This document shows positions 27,263-40,765 of a stretch of DNA of 64,000 nt, in pieces. Where the stretch lies: contig NC_043002.1 of NCBI RefSeq assembly GCF_006345805.1, positions 72,540,001-72,604,000 on the forward strand. Reading direction: 5' to 3'. Position numbers and translations under genes: made by a program. Source of the DNA: Octopus sinensis (taxonomy: Eukaryota). How positions within the stretch are numbered: the first letter of the stretch is position 1; the number at the start of each line of letters is the position of its first letter. The notes beneath the pieces are model-generated. The model saw nothing but the letters and a program-made list of their open reading frames with translations, did no database searches and was not told where the DNA came from.

Positions 27263-30200
27263 TTAGGAAGATGGATACGTTAGGAGTTCAGAACTTACCC
27301 GAAAAACTTGCACAAACCTTGCTGGCCATCGAACTGTCTCCTGATCCTGATTTGGTGTGTCGGGGTTGTGCAGCATCTGTGGTGTTCGCTGGAGTTGCCG
27401 AGTCTGTTTGAGGAAAAGAGGGGACTGAATGTAAGTCCTCCTCGATGAAAGCTTTTTTAAACGATCAATCGAGACCGTATTTCGTTTACCTCCATTATCG
27501 AGGACGAAATACTTGGGTTCTCTTTTGATGACCTTGTAGGGCCCGGAATATGGTGGTCGAAGTTGAGAGGGTATCCCATCATTCCTCACGAAGACATGAG
27601 TCCATGTGTTGATATCTTTTGGGACACGTGAAACGACGTTCTGTTGTCTGGGGCCTGAGGGTGATACTTGCGACATGGATGTTCGTAATCGGTGCACATA
27701 TTGTTGTGGGTCAGGGAAGTTTTGTGAAACAGGTTCGATCATCTGCCCAGGTAAGGTGAGTGTTGTGCCATAAACGAGTTCGGCCGGAGTATATCCCAGT
27801 TCTTCCTTAATCGTGGATCGAATTCCAAGGAGGATGAGAGGGAGATGTTCCAACCAGTGAGAACTGTCTGGAGCTGCTTTTATAGATGCCTTGAGTTGGC
27901 GGTGAAAGCGTTCCACCATGCCATTTGCTGCAGGGTGGTAAGCTGTAGTGCGGGTGTGTTTACACCCGAGGAGACGAGTCAGCTCGGTGAAAAGGTGGGA
28001 ATCGAACTGACGTCCTCTGTCGGTGGTAATTGTTGCGGGTGTTCCAAAACGCGAAACCCATTGTGATATCAGCGTTTTAGCGACCGTTTCTGCTGATATA
28101 TCAGATAGGGGCCAGGCTTCGGACCATCGCGAGAACCTATCTACGCAAGTTAGCAAATATGAATAGTTCTGCGAAGGTGGCAGGGGTCCAACGATATCAA
28201 TGTGAACGTGCTGAAATCGTGCATCGGGCTGCGAAAATGAACCGATTGGTGATTTTATGTGCCGGTGGATTTTCGCTTTTTGGCACGCAACACAGCACTT
28301 GGTCCATTCTCTGATATCCTTGTTGATACTGGTCCACACAAAACGGGTCGATATTAGCTTTTGAGTGGAGCGAATACCAGGATGTGACAGAGAATGTAGA
28401 GCGGAGAAAACTTCTCGACGATATTTCTGTGGTACATAAGGGCGTTGGTAACCAGTGGAAATATCACACCAAATATGGGCTGTGGATGATGGTAGTGGAA
28501 CATGCTGAAATTTCAGAGATGACGAATTCCGGAGCTTTAGAAGTTCTTCGTCATTCTCCTGGTCAGCTGCTATACGTGCCAGATCAATAGTAGACGTGGT
28601 GTGGATAGCATTGATCTGCGCACGTGAAAGTGCATCGGCTGCCACGTTGGTCGTCCCTTTGATGTAGCGTATATCCGTCGTGTACTGCGATATGAAATCG
28701 AGGTGGCGTATTTCTCTTGGCGAATGGCGATCCGGTTTGGTGTTAAATGCGTATACTAATGGCTTGTGGTCGGTATATATGGCAAAATTGGTACCTTCTA
28801 GCATATGACGGAAATGCTTAACGGCCAGGTATGCCGCCAATAATTCCCGACTGAATGTGCTGTATTTGGTTTCGCGGGTTTTAACCGCTTAGAAAAGAAA
28901 GACAACGGTTGCCATATACCGTCAACAAGCTGTTGTAGCACACCTCCGATTCCGGAATCGGATGCATCAACGAGTAAACATCGTGGGGCGTCTGGTTTTG
29001 GATAAACCAACATGGTAGCGCTAGATAACGCTTTTTTCAGGGCAGCAAAAGAAACGAGTTGATCTTCGGTCAGAGCTATATCTGCGTTTTTGCAGGTTCG
29101 CTGACGTAGCAAATCCGTGAGCGGTTGCGCTATTTCAGCGAGGTGGGGCACGAACCGTCGATAGAAATTCGCTAGACCGAGATATTCCCTTAATTTGCGG
29201 AGAGATGTGGGTGGTGGAAAATCCACGATGGCCTTGACTTTCTCGGGAAGGGGACGAATTCCATTTTTATCGACTATATGGCCGAGAAAATGAAGGGAAG
29301 CAACTCCGAACAAACATTTGGTAGGGTTGATAACAATTCCAAATTGACGTAGTCGTCCGAATAGCAGGTGAAGGTGTTGATTATGCTCTTCGTCCGAGTT
29401 ACTGGCCACGAGTATGTCGTCTATGTAGGCATAGACGAAAGGCAAACCTCTAGTCACCATGTCGATAAACCTTTGGAATGTCTGTGCCGCGTTTCGTAAA
29501 CCGAAAGGCATACGGGAATTCAAACATTCCGAAAGGTGTAGTCACTGCTGTCTTTGAGATGTCTGCAGGTTCGACTGGGATTTGGTTGTATGCTCGCACC
29601 AGGTCGATTTTTGAAAAGATGCGAGCTCCATGCAGCGAGCTGAAAAGTCCTGGAGAAAAGGCACCGGATAGGCATCACTGATAGTGCTTTTATTCAGTGA
29701 TCGATAATCGCCGCAAACCCGCCAATCGGTCGATGATTTTTTGGGACGCAGTGTATCGGCGAGGACCAGTTGCTGCTGGAAACGCGGATGATTCCGAGGT
29801 CGAGCATGTGCTGGAATTCCCGCTTGACGGCCTGGAGACGATCAGGTGGTAACCTTCTGGGCCTTGCAGCAACAGGTGGACCGCTGGTTTTGATGTGGTG
29901 GGTAACGTCGTGCTTTATCGGCTGGTTATGAAAAACTGGCCGGGCGACATCTGGATAATCATTCAGGATGGAACTGTGACGAGTCGTTGTCGTAAGCATT
30001 ACAGTTGGGCTGACTGTGTCCATTCGAGCGGCTATACCGCGCACAGTAAGCTTGGTGGTGGTGTCGACAAGTCGTCTGTTCTTTATGTCTACCAGGAGAC
30101 CGAAATGATGCAGGAAATCGGCTCCTAAGATAGGGGTCGGCAGTTTAGCGACGACGAATACCCACTGAAATGTGCGGCGTAGTCCTATGTTTAATGTTAG

Positions 30201-30430
30201 GGACTGTTCACCGTAGGTTGGAATGGGTGAATGGTTGACTGCCTGAAGACAGACTGATGTCTCTTTTCTTTTTCCAGAAGTGTTGGAGGAGATGGGATGA
30301 TGCTGACTTCCGCACCTGTGTCAACCAGGAAACGCGTGCCTGTTACACGATCGCAAACGAAAAACAGGCGACTGTGTGGGTGCGAACCAGGAACTTCCGT
30401 CGCGTTCAATTCCTGGCTGTGCCGTTTCCC
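27263..30430 (-). pseudogene. pol: Pol (protease, RT, RNase H, integrase), broken by about 6 frameshifts in this sequence
   Basis: FLVDTGAEVS (PR), [14 protein letters not shown] and YIDD (RT), DASD (RH), HHCC zinc finger, HIDIVGPLP and TDRGRQF (IN), GPY motif, spread over several reading frames. Confidence 0.93.
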
Positions 30431-31326
30431 GAACTGGGTGAGGAAAACGAGCACGGTACCGTACATTTTTGTGCCCGTGTTCCGAATGTTCGGTGGTACC
30501 AACACGTGTCATGTGAGTTTCGGGTAGCACTGGGGCTTCGAGACCGTCTGCCATCTCGTCGAGATCGGCTGGTGCTTCGACGCTGGGGACTAAACTTTAG
30601 GGCTTGTATTTGGGCTGTGAGAATTTGTATTTGCGCAGCTTGCTGCGTCATTAATGCACGCAAATCCGAAATCTCTGAAGAACTGGTTTGTGCACGGAAA
30701 GGATTGGTACTGGGAGCGGCTGGCGTCACCGTCGATACCGTTGGATATCTGTGCGGTACTTCGGCTATTTTGTCAGCTAGCTCCGCCAGTTCTTCAAGGG
30801 ATGTGTTTTCTCTGGTGGACGCGAGAACAACCTGGGTATTGGAGGGCAGACGCTGGAGAAAAAGTTGCTTGAAGATTTTTTCTGGGAGCGTCTCATCTCC
30901 GAGAAGCTGTTTCATTCTCCGAAGAAGCTGGGACGGCGTTTTGTCACCCAATTCTTCCGATATCAGAAGCTGGTGAAGTCTTTTTTGTTGGGATTCTGAG
31001 GTTCTGTTTATTAACGTGGTTTTAAAAACTTCATATGAAACAGAACCGGGTGGTGCCATGATAAGGTCGCGTATCACGTTCGTTATTTCTGGTGACAGAG
31101 AACTGATAACGTGAGAAAGTCGAGCCGCATCGCTCGATATTCTGTGAGAGGCAAACTGTGCCTCTATATGGTGAAACCACAATGTCGGGTCGTGGGTCCA
31201 GAATGGTGGAATTTTTAACGAGATCGCCGCTTGGAATGCCATGTCGATGTTGGCCGCTGGGTTTTGTTCGGGAGATTCATTGTTTTCGTCGGAATTTTCG
31301 GTTGCTTCGTTGCTGGTGATGTGCAA
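30406..31326 (-). CDS. gag: Gag of the Gypsy element
   Basis: LKIPPFWTHDPTLWFHHIEAQF, LGDKTPSQLLRRMKQL and CWYHRTFGTRAQKCTVPC (CHCC zinc motif). Confidence 0.93.
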   Translation of the reverse strand: MHITSNEATENSDENNESPEQNPAANIDMAFQAAISLKIPPFWTHDPTLWFHHIEAQFASHRISSDAARLSHVISSLSPEITNVIRDLIMAPPGSVSYEVFKTTLINRTSESQQKRLHQLLISEELGDKTPSQLLRRMKQLLGDETLPEKIFKQLFLQRLPSNTQVVLASTRENTSLEELAELADKIAEVPHRYPTVSTVTPAAPSTNPFRAQTSSSEISDLRALMTQQAAQIQILTAQIQALKFSPQRRSTSRSRRDGRRSRSPSATRNSHDTCWYHRTFGTRAQKCTVPCSFSSPSSGNGTARN

Positions 31327-31398
31327 ACTGTAATTCTTCGACGCGGTTGATGAAGCTGGTTCCAGGGAAGGCGCGATTCGTTTTACGGGGTCACCAAA

Positions 31399-31983
31399 TG
31401 TAGTGGATGCGTGGATGTATTAATAAATACATAAGTGCTTTGTAATAAATTAAAGATTTATTATCACTACATCAATTTGTAAGCAATGTTACACATCGCT
31501 TGTACAAAATGCATATTAAATAGTGGTTGCAAATAATACATATTAAAGGAATGCATAATACAGGATACACATTAAAGCAGAATATGTTTGATGGTGTGTG
31601 TGTGTGCGTGTGTGTAAATCATGCATGACAGAGTCACCTTTCTGATTATTCTTTCGTCGTCCTCATAAATGCGTGGCGTTCTCTTAAACGTTGGTTCGGG
31701 TTCTCTCTAGATACCTATTTCTCCGTTCTATTTATAACATCTCAAATAGCCAGAAAAATAGATATACCGCAAGAGTGTTATTGCGTACAGTAGGTCGCTG
31801 GTCGTCCTGTTAAACTTCGCCTGACCTGCTCGGGTCAGAGGTCGAAGGGAGACGATCCATCATTTTTTGTCAGAACAAAGAGATTCTGATTTCGCGCCTT
31901 TTTGTGCATTGGTATTTTACGACCAATGATTCTTGGGTCTGATTTCGAATCCAAGCTTTGAGAAGGAAGTGCTAATTCTTACA
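31399..31983 (-). repeat. 5' LTR of the Gypsy element
   Basis: TGTAAG...ACTACA, containing TATAAATAG and AATAAA on the minus strand. Followed by PBS TGGTGACCCCG (31386-31396), complementary to the tRNA-Trp 3' end. Confidence 0.97.
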
Positions 31984-32293
31984 TATATATAGTGAGGATG
32001 CATGACCTTGTGGTTCGGGCATTGCACTCACAATATACAAGATCACAGTTTCAGTTACTAAACCAAGAGGTGTATTATGTTCTTGAGCAAAATAACTTCA
32101 TCTCATGTTGCTCTGTAATCACTTCAACACCTGACGTATGGTACACTGTGAACCTGTTCAGGCAATGTTGATTTGGTAAACGAAGTGAGCTCATGTACAG
32201 CACATACATTTGATCACTATAAACAAATCATTTGTGTAGGTCGTTCAGCAAAAACTGAACACTCATATGTCATCTTTGATGGGGGAGTCCTTC

Positions 32294-32326
<33 letters not shown>

Positions 32327-32327
<1 letters not shown>

Positions 32328-32709
32328 GCGTAGGTGTGGCCGTGTGGTAAGTAGCTTGCTTACCAACCACATAGTTCCGGGTTCAGTCCCACTGCGTGGC
32401 ACCTTGGGCAAGTGTCTTCTACTATAGCCTCGGGCCGACCAAAGCCTTGTGAGTGGATTTGGTAGACGGAAACTGAAAGAAGCCTGTAGTATATATGTAT
32501 ATATATATGTATGTGTATATGTTTGTGTCTGTATTTGTCCCCCCAACACCGCTTGACAACTGATGCTGGTGTGTTTACATCCCCGTAACTTAGTTGTTCA
32601 GTAAAAGAGACCGATAGAATAAGTCCTGGGGTCGATTTGCTCGACTAAAGGCAGTGCTCCAGCATGGCCACAGTCAAATGACTGAAACAAGTAAAAGAGA
32701 GTAAAGAGT
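32327..32709 (+). mobile_element. tRNA-derived SINE family A (representative of about 15 copies)
   Basis: Head ggcgtaggt/agtggctgtgtggtaag...ggttcagtcccactg, internal (TA/TG)n, tail (gtaaaaga)n. Other copies near 695-985, 4506-4865, 7974-8370, 17388-17785, 24708-25098, 48706-49085, 53490-54420, 55054-55467, 56323-57397, 61249-61684 and 62117-62413. Confidence 0.9.
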
Positions 32710-33431
32710 AGAGAGAGAGGTTGATTAATTATGAAATTTATAAATGTGTCCTTATTTGACAGAAGTAGGCTTTTTACCTTATCAAAAATGATAATTTATA
32801 AGATCAAAGTTGAAATGACCCTTTGAATGCTCAAATAAAGGTCAATTTTTTTTGTGTGTGGATGTCCTCTTGTACTGTACTTGATCATCTAAGGTTGGCA
32901 AATTAGCACATCAGTAATAGCTAATAATAGATTTATGCATCAGCTAGCTAAAGTAAAAATTTACGTGATGTCTGTTAAACCAAACTGTCACCAGAGATGA
33001 AATATCTGGTAAAATTAGACAAAGATTAGGCTTAGAATTAATCTACTTCCATGATATTAGTGCAGTCTTTCAATGTCAGAAAAAAGCATTCACCAGTTAT
33101 TGTAAACTAAATCCTTATGGTCAGGTTACAACAACTACTTTCTAAATGAGGTGAGGAGAAAGATACTGCATGCTAGTAATAAGTGGCATCATGTAGAGAC
33201 AAACTTTGCAATCTAGCTGTTGCTATTTAACCCTTGGTTAACTCTGATTCAGCATCCATTTGTGACCAAACCCTGCCCTGATAGGTACAAACATCACCAT
33301 GTGGTTAAGAAATTTGCTTCACAACCACAGCATCGTTGATAAGTTTCTTGTAGTATAGCCCCAACTATTTGTCTTTCTTACTCTTTCAATTCTTCTGTCT
33401 CACTTCTGTTAAAGGATTAACATCCAAAATG

Positions 33432-33659
33432 TTAACCCTTTCATTACCAACCCAGCTGAAACCGGCTCTGGCTCTGAGTACAAATGTTTTGTTTTCATAA
33501 GTTTTTAATCAAAATCTTCCACCAAACCTTAGTCACAATTTATGTTCCTAATACTAGCTGAATGATAACTAAGTTATTTTACTAAATTTTTTGTTATATT
33601 CAAAGTAATTGAAAGAAACACAGAGCATCTCAAACTAAATACAGTAACGAAAGAATTAA
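33432..33659. mobile_element. piggyBac-like MITE, second copy
   Basis: Reverse complement of 22077-22304 with TTAA at both ends. Confidence 0.7.
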
Positions 33660-34264
33660 GGCACTTTTTCTTGACATTAAAGTGTTCAGCCAACACCATA
33701 TTCGTCAAACTTTGCTCCTCTTGTGTTGTTCATACTTTATTAACGATTACATTTACACTATGTGTATGTATGTCTCCTTATCCAGACATTGAACACTGTT
33801 TGCAACCATCATAAAAATGCTATCATTTGTTAGCAATCTTTTGCGAAAACCTGTCCAGAGCATCAGAAAATAATACCTTGCTTGGAAACAGGTGAAAGTT
33901 GGTAAGAAGAAGAGCATTTTATCATTGAAATTCTATTTGTCCCCCAGCTTCGCTTGACAACCAATGCTGGCATGTTTACGTCCCCGTAACTTAGCGGTTT
34001 GGCAAAAGAGACCGATAGAATAAGTACTAAGCTTACAAGGAATGAGTCCTGGGGTTGATTTCTTCGACTAAAGGTGGTGCTCCAGCATGGCCACAGTCAA
34101 ATGACTGAAACAACTAAAAGAGTAAAAGAGTAACCTTTGTAATAATGAGCTTATTGTGTACAGGGCTCAGTGCACTACAGCTATTTTTCTCTTGTATGGT
34201 AGAAGATTGAAGCAGTTACTGTAACCATGACTTCAGTATTCAGTTGTGCAAGACATCAATATTG

Positions 34265-34497
34265 AAGGCGGTGAGCTGGCAGAAACGTTAGCACGCTGGG
34301 TGGAATGCTTAGCAGTATTTTGTCTGCTGCTACGTTCTGAGTTCAAATTCCGCCGAGGTCGACTTTGCCTTTCATCCTTTCGGGGTTGATTAAATAAGTA
34401 CCAGTTACGCACTGGGGTTGATATAATTGACTTAATCTGTTTGTCTGTCCTTGTTTTCCCCCTGTGTGTAGCTTCTTGTGGGCAGTAAAGAAATAAT
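34265..34497 (+). mobile_element. SINE family B (representative of about 15 copies)
   Basis: aaggcggtgagctggcagaa...gagttcaaattcc (B box)...gactttgcctttcatcctttcgggg. Other copies near 1892, 6290, 19240, 21490, 21700, 38530, 39795, 51010, 51800, 52090, 56007 and 60567. Confidence 0.88.
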
Positions 34498-35304
34498 ATT
34501 GAAGATGCAAGGCCAACTGGTTAGGCTCACAAAGTCGTGGGTTTGATTCCTGAACTGGCAATATGTTGTGCTCTTGAGCAAGGTTGCTCCTGTCAGCTCA
34601 GCTGAAAGAAGTACCAGCTAAGTGCTGCAGCAGCTTTCTCTCCTGCCAAATTGTTACACCTTTGATATCAAATATCAAATACAGCCTCATGAAATTTTAT
34701 ATGCTGGCATGTAAAACTGAACCTAGAAACAACAACAATAACAATTGTTTACCTTCTTTTATTAATCATACTTACGTATGAAGGCTGTGGTTTGGCAGAG
34801 ATATTGCAGCATCTTAGAAAAAAAAAAACTTTATGCTCTTTTTTCCAGATCCTTATGTTCTGGGTTCAAATCCTACCAAGATTGTCTTTGCCTATTATCC
34901 TTTCCGGATCAATAAAATAAAGTATTGGTCAAGTACTGGTGCTAATGGTATCTACACACCCATTCCCCTCACAATCTCTGGTCTTGTGCTTAAGTCAGAA
35001 ACCATTAATTATACTTAAATATAAGAAAACTACAACATATTTTTAAAAGCACTCATGAATTAGTATGGCTTTTCTATTGTCTTAATCTATATTTGAAAGA
35101 CTTATTGATGCACCTAAATACACCTTGCAGAGCTTCATTTGAGAAGCACTTATGTAAAAAAAACTACCTCATTTACTCATCCAGCTCTTTTGATACTTTT
35201 AAAGTGTAAAATAAAATGTAGATCAAAGTTATGGGTGCTACAACAATCAGATTATCAACATTCAACTTAGCAAAATCTGATTTGTGGGGATTTTCCTTCT
35301 GTTT

Positions 35305-35350
35305 TATATATATATATATATATACACATATATATATGTGTGTGTGTATG

Positions 35351-35392
<42 letters not shown>

Positions 35393-35582
35393 CATACATA
35401 TATATATATACAAGCACATATATATATGTATGTATATATATATACATACATATATATATATATATATACATATATATATACAAGCACATATATATATGTA
35501 TGTATGTATGTATATATATATATATAATATATATATATATATATACATATATACAAGCACATACATGTATATATATACATAC

Positions 35583-35626
<44 letters not shown>

Positions 35627-35677
35627 ATATACATATATACAAGCACATACATGTATATATATACATACATATATATA

Positions 35678-35730
<53 letters not shown>

Positions 35731-35842
35731 CATATATATATATATACATATATATACATATATATACATACATATATATATATACATACATATATATATA
35801 CATACATATATATATATGTATGTATATATATATATATATGTA
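35305..35842. repeat. Compound (TA)n/(TACA)n microsatellite
   Basis: Directly visible; explains the spurious YIYI ORFs. Confidence 0.97.
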
Positions 35843-36120
35843 TAGTCTTAAAAATATTATCTCAGAAATTGATTTTTTTTTAATATTTTTAAGCACAAAC
35901 TGTAGACCTCTCCTCTGTGAAGCCTGCTTTCTATAGAGGATGTGACCTTGTGTGACATACACTTTTCTCAAGGTCATTAATCAATATTGCTTGTTTAAGT
36001 AGGCCTTGGATTAAAGGATTAGCAATTTAAGTAAAGTGAGATAGCTATAACTGAGGATCAAAACCAGATTATATATTTTGCTTGTTAGAACATTACTCTG
36101 CAGTTCTCAAAATGATATAT

Positions 36121-36176
<56 letters not shown>

Positions 36177-37308
36177 GTTCTAGGTCAAATTTTATGACAT
36201 AGAAATAATAGTTGATTGTAATTTATATTACTGATATTTAATTTTGGCCAAAACCCTAGCATGATTTGAATTCAGGATAGATTGAAGGGAAGAATTGATG
36301 AACGATCCTTAGGAACTTCTTTGACAAGCACTATGTGCTTACCATGCAACAGCCATGAGAGAATACAATGATGGTTCCAGTTACCATCTTTCAGGAAAGT
36401 TTTACAGGATAAAATCTTTTCAGTTAGATACAGACAAATTTAGTACTCACCTGGGTACTAAGAAAAATAAAGAACTAACAACAAATATCTCAAACCGTTT
36501 TGTCCATTGATGTACCAAGTTCGCCAGTCTATGCACCTGGACTGGTGCTTCTGCTATACCACCTTGCTTACCCTACTCTTAATATGCATGACTGGGGTGT
36601 ACAGGAGCATATAACAGACATCATATTGTATTTTTTTACTGCTAATACCAAGGAAGTGAGTCAATCAGTTTGTACAAAAAGCACCAATCAGCTTCCAAAA
36701 ACAAGTGTATGTTAAATAAAGCTTAAAGATACCAATAAATTTAGATAATGGCAAATATTTCAAATCCAGCAAGTGTAGAGAGCATTTTTTTCAAGGTGGG
36801 GGGACCTGGACAATGAAGCAGTATCAAGATCACGTTGATATGTGTACTTAGCTTCTCATGAGGGCACAGGATCGTAGAGGACACATTCCATCCATCTTTG
36901 CTTATTGTTGTACAACACAAGAGAGTGTCTATTGATTATGGCTATCATGACAAATATCTGATGTTATATTTTGGAGATATCTGCACCTTAGTACAGGACA
37001 AAAACTATTCAACTACAATTATGTTGACAGTGATACACAACATGAAATGGATAACTTATCAAAGGGAATGGAACAGAGATTCCCAGTGTGGTGAAGTACA
37101 TCTTGGTTGTGGCCACTCAAAGAAGAATATTATACTGGTGTTGACCAACTGAAACTTAAAACTATTTCTATTATGAGATTTTACTTTAAATATGAGTACT
37201 TTATTACAGGTGGTCTCAAGCAGGTTGGTCTAGAAATGATTAAAGTATCCACTATTGGTGCTTTGCCATTTACTTTAATTTAACAGCATTCAAATGAAGA
37301 TAAAAGTG

Positions 37309-37341
<33 letters not shown>

Positions 37342-37729
37342 ATTTTAACTTCTTATAATACATATCTTATAGATCTAGTGGTATTTCCAAGTTCTTGTAT
37401 TTATTCAGATGAGCCATGTTACTTATACCAAAGTCATGAGTGACAAGCCCTGAGTATGCTTGATTCTAGACTTGTCACATTAATCACTGCTGTAGTTGCA
37501 AGTGATCTACCAGAAAGGAACCTTTGGGAGAGAGAGATATGGAAAGAAGTGCATCAAATTAATCTCAGAATATCAAATGTTATGGAGATTGCAAGAAACT
37601 GTAAACATGCAGTGATATGCTGCTGGAAAAGACTTGTCCAAGCCATGGAAAAAAATGGATGTAAAACAATGATATCAATAATAAGGATAATAATAAAAAT
37701 AATTTCTTAAATAGGTACAAGGCCTCTTT

Positions 37730-38490
37730 TTATTGGCCACAAGGGCCCAGAACATTGGGGACAGTACAAAGGCAAAAGAAAACAAGAAACAGTTGAAGGG
37801 ATTTACATCAAGTGAAAGGGTGAGATCAACAAAACAATGACATTATTAATAAATAGCAATAACAGTTTAGAACAAAATAAGAATAAGAAAGTATAGGGGA
37901 GCAACCACATTGGGTAATATGAGACATCACACACACAGTCCCAAATTACCTGGTTGCACTAAAGGCAAGTGCCTTCTCGCAATTCTTGCTACCAACCTAT
38001 AGCTGTATAGTTAATGCAGGACCAATTAATCAGGCCAATTTTTGTCACTTTCGTCCACCTTTCATAAACTTTACTGGAGAGCAACACCTCCTCTGCTACA
38101 CGCATCTTCCTCTTTAAGTTGTAGTGGACAAAGTTGTTGAGGGCTTGACCTGAGAGGAAAAACTCACTCCTCAAACCTTTCAACAATATCCACCACACAA
38201 TTTTTTTGCCATAGCCACTAGACAGAAGAAAGACTACCCACCCTTCTTAGCCAAAGAAAGGTGGTAGGTCAGTTTTCTTGATTGACTTGACTAATCTGTC
38301 ACAAATATGATAACATCTGTTCAACTTAAATCTACAAATTAGCATTACATAGACACTGAACAAGTGTGTGCCTGGTAGTTTCATCACCCTGGATGCATCT
38401 CGGACAGGTTCATTTGCCGATGGTTCCATGACCATGCTTGGAAAGTTTATCCCAAACAGGCAAAACCCCCTCCCCTGTAGCACTGCCAGG
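37730..38490 (-). mobile_element. Decayed LINE 3' fragment (L1/Tx1-like)
   Basis: Peptide IVWWILLKGLRSEFFLSGQALNNFVHYNLKRKMRV...YERW, followed by a T-rich 3' region with AATAAA. Confidence 0.4.
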
Positions 38491-38492
38491 CC

Positions 38493-38526
<34 letters not shown>

Positions 38527-39419
38527 GCTTCAAATTTTGCCACAAGGGCAGCAATTTGGGGAGGGGCGAGTCAATTACATCAACCCCAGTGTTCAACTGG
38601 TACTTATTTAATCGACCCCAAAAGGATGAAAGGCAAAGTCGACCTTGGCAGAATTTGAACTCAGAACGTAGCGACAGACGAAATACCTCTAGGCATTTCA
38701 CCCAGCGTGCTAACGACTCTGCTAGCTCACCAGGGACATCAGATGAATAGAAAGATTTCTCACATAGGCGTAAGACAAGAAACTTTAAGGAGAAGCTGGT
38801 ATGGTTGATTATATAAAGCCAAGTACCTGACAAGTACTGATTTCATCAAATCTGCAAGATGAATGGTAAAGTCAATCACAGCTGGACTTGAATAATAATT
38901 CGAATAATTATATCAACCAAACATATTTCCTTTTTATTACCAACTCTCAAAATTTGTTTCAGCTGTTTACGTTTTAAGTTCAAATCTTACTGAAGTCAAC
39001 TCTACCTTCCACCCTTCGGTGGAGGTGGAAGGGGTCAATAAAATAAATAGAAAATGTATTCATCAAATACTGGGTTTGATATGATCAACTAACTCCTTCC
39101 ACCAGATTTATAGCTATAGGTCTATGTAAGAAACAGTTATTATTATTATCATTATTATTATTATTGTTATTATTATTGTCGTTGTTGTTGTTGTTGATGT
39201 TGTTGCTGTATTTTTTGAGAAGAGGAGTCTTCAGGAGTCAATATATTTTAATCATTTAGATTCAGTTTTACGAAAAACATAATGCTAAAAGCCAAAAACT
39301 TATTTGCGAAAGATTGGATTTCATACACACACACATACACACACACACAGATATGTATATGTTATATATATGTGTATATTGTATGATTTATTTGTATATA
39401 TTCATAAATATGTGTGTAA

Positions 39420-39466
<47 letters not shown>

Positions 39467-40708
39467 CATACACACATACTATATTGGTTTCATATTTTGG
39501 CACGAAGCCAATTATTGTGGTGGGGGTGTTTAGTCAATAACATTGACCCCAGTTCTCAACTGGTACTTATTTCATCGACCCTGAAATGATGATAGGAAAA
39601 GTTGACCTCAGTGGAATTTGAACTCAGAATGTAAAGACAGACAAAATGCCACTCAGTAGTCTGGCCAGCCTACAAACAATTTTGCCAGTTCACCCTCACC
39701 TTGTTTATACATATTATATTATGATTTATTTGTATATATCATTTGGATCTTTTTTAACCAACAGATTCTTTTGGCTATATATTTGAATGCATCAAGGCGC
39801 TGAGCTAGCAGAAACGTTAACATGCTGGGCGAAATGCTTAGTGGCATTTCGTCTGTCTTTACATTCTGAGTTCAAATTCTACCAAGGACAACTTTGCCTT
39901 TCATCCTTTCAGGGTCAATAAATTAAGTACCAGTTGCATACTGGGGTTGATCTAATCGACTGGCCCCCATCCCCCAAAATTTTGGGCTTTGTGCCTAGAG
40001 TAGAACACTATATATTTGAATGGATGTATTGGTTTGATGTTTGTGACAAGTCTGAGGTGATGGTATAATGGTTTTATATGTGTCATTGCTAATGCTTACA
40101 TTGATATATGAGTATATCTGATGATACATACTGTGTTATAGATGATTTTTATTGTTGGTAGTGTTGTTATTGTTGTTGTTTAGTCCCAAGTTGTCCCTGG
40201 TTGACACAGACTTATACTCAAAGGCATGCAAGCCTTGACCAAACTGTCTGTTTAGGTAGGGAAAAATCTAGGACTATTTTATCAAATGGGTTCTTGCAAT
40301 ATTAAGACAGCGGGCAGTGAAGGCTGATTTGAGGGAAGATTTGGCTGCTATTCTAAGCAAATTGAGCAACTGTGTAGAGGCATCCCTCTTTGGCATATTA
40401 TTATTGTTGATGGTGGTGGTCATCATCATTGCAGTCATTGTGGATATGACAAGATATCATGTTATTCTTATTATTGCTTTTCCTTTTCACTGTTGTTACC
40501 ATTTTTCATATATTTTCTACATTAAAAAGCATCGTAAAAGCAAAGCAAAAATGTCATTACTGATCATCCAAATTAATGCTGTCGATGTCATAATAATTTT
40601 TAAAAGTGGTGGTGATAGCGATGGTGGTGGTGTGTTTGTTAATATGATCTTTATATCTTTATTAATAATCATAGTAAAAATGTTGTTGCTGTTGCCATCT
40701 CATTTCTT

Positions 40709-40765
<57 letters not shown>

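Larger units (their letters stand above)
26105..31983 (-). mobile_element. Full-length Ty3/Gypsy LTR retrotransposon, CsRn1/Kabuki/Boudicca-like clade
   Basis: Two 585-bp TG...CA LTRs, 4-bp TATA target duplication, tRNA-Trp-type PBS, PPT, gag with a C-H-C-C motif, and PR-RT-RH-IN domain order. Confidence 0.96.

Noticed and set aside
30257-30976. 239-aa plus-strand ORF inside the Gypsy element
   Set aside because: Antisense shadow of gag/protease with no recognisable motif.
35173-35977. Overlapping 100-200 aa ORFs rich in Y, I, C and H
   Set aside because: Translations of TA/CA microsatellite. The same applies to ORFs at 39.3, 40.3, 41.5, 44.6-45.5, 47.8-48.3 and 63.0 kb.
36880-37030. Faint similarity to Gypsy RT (IDY...DKY.M)
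   Set aside because: Too degraded to support by eye.
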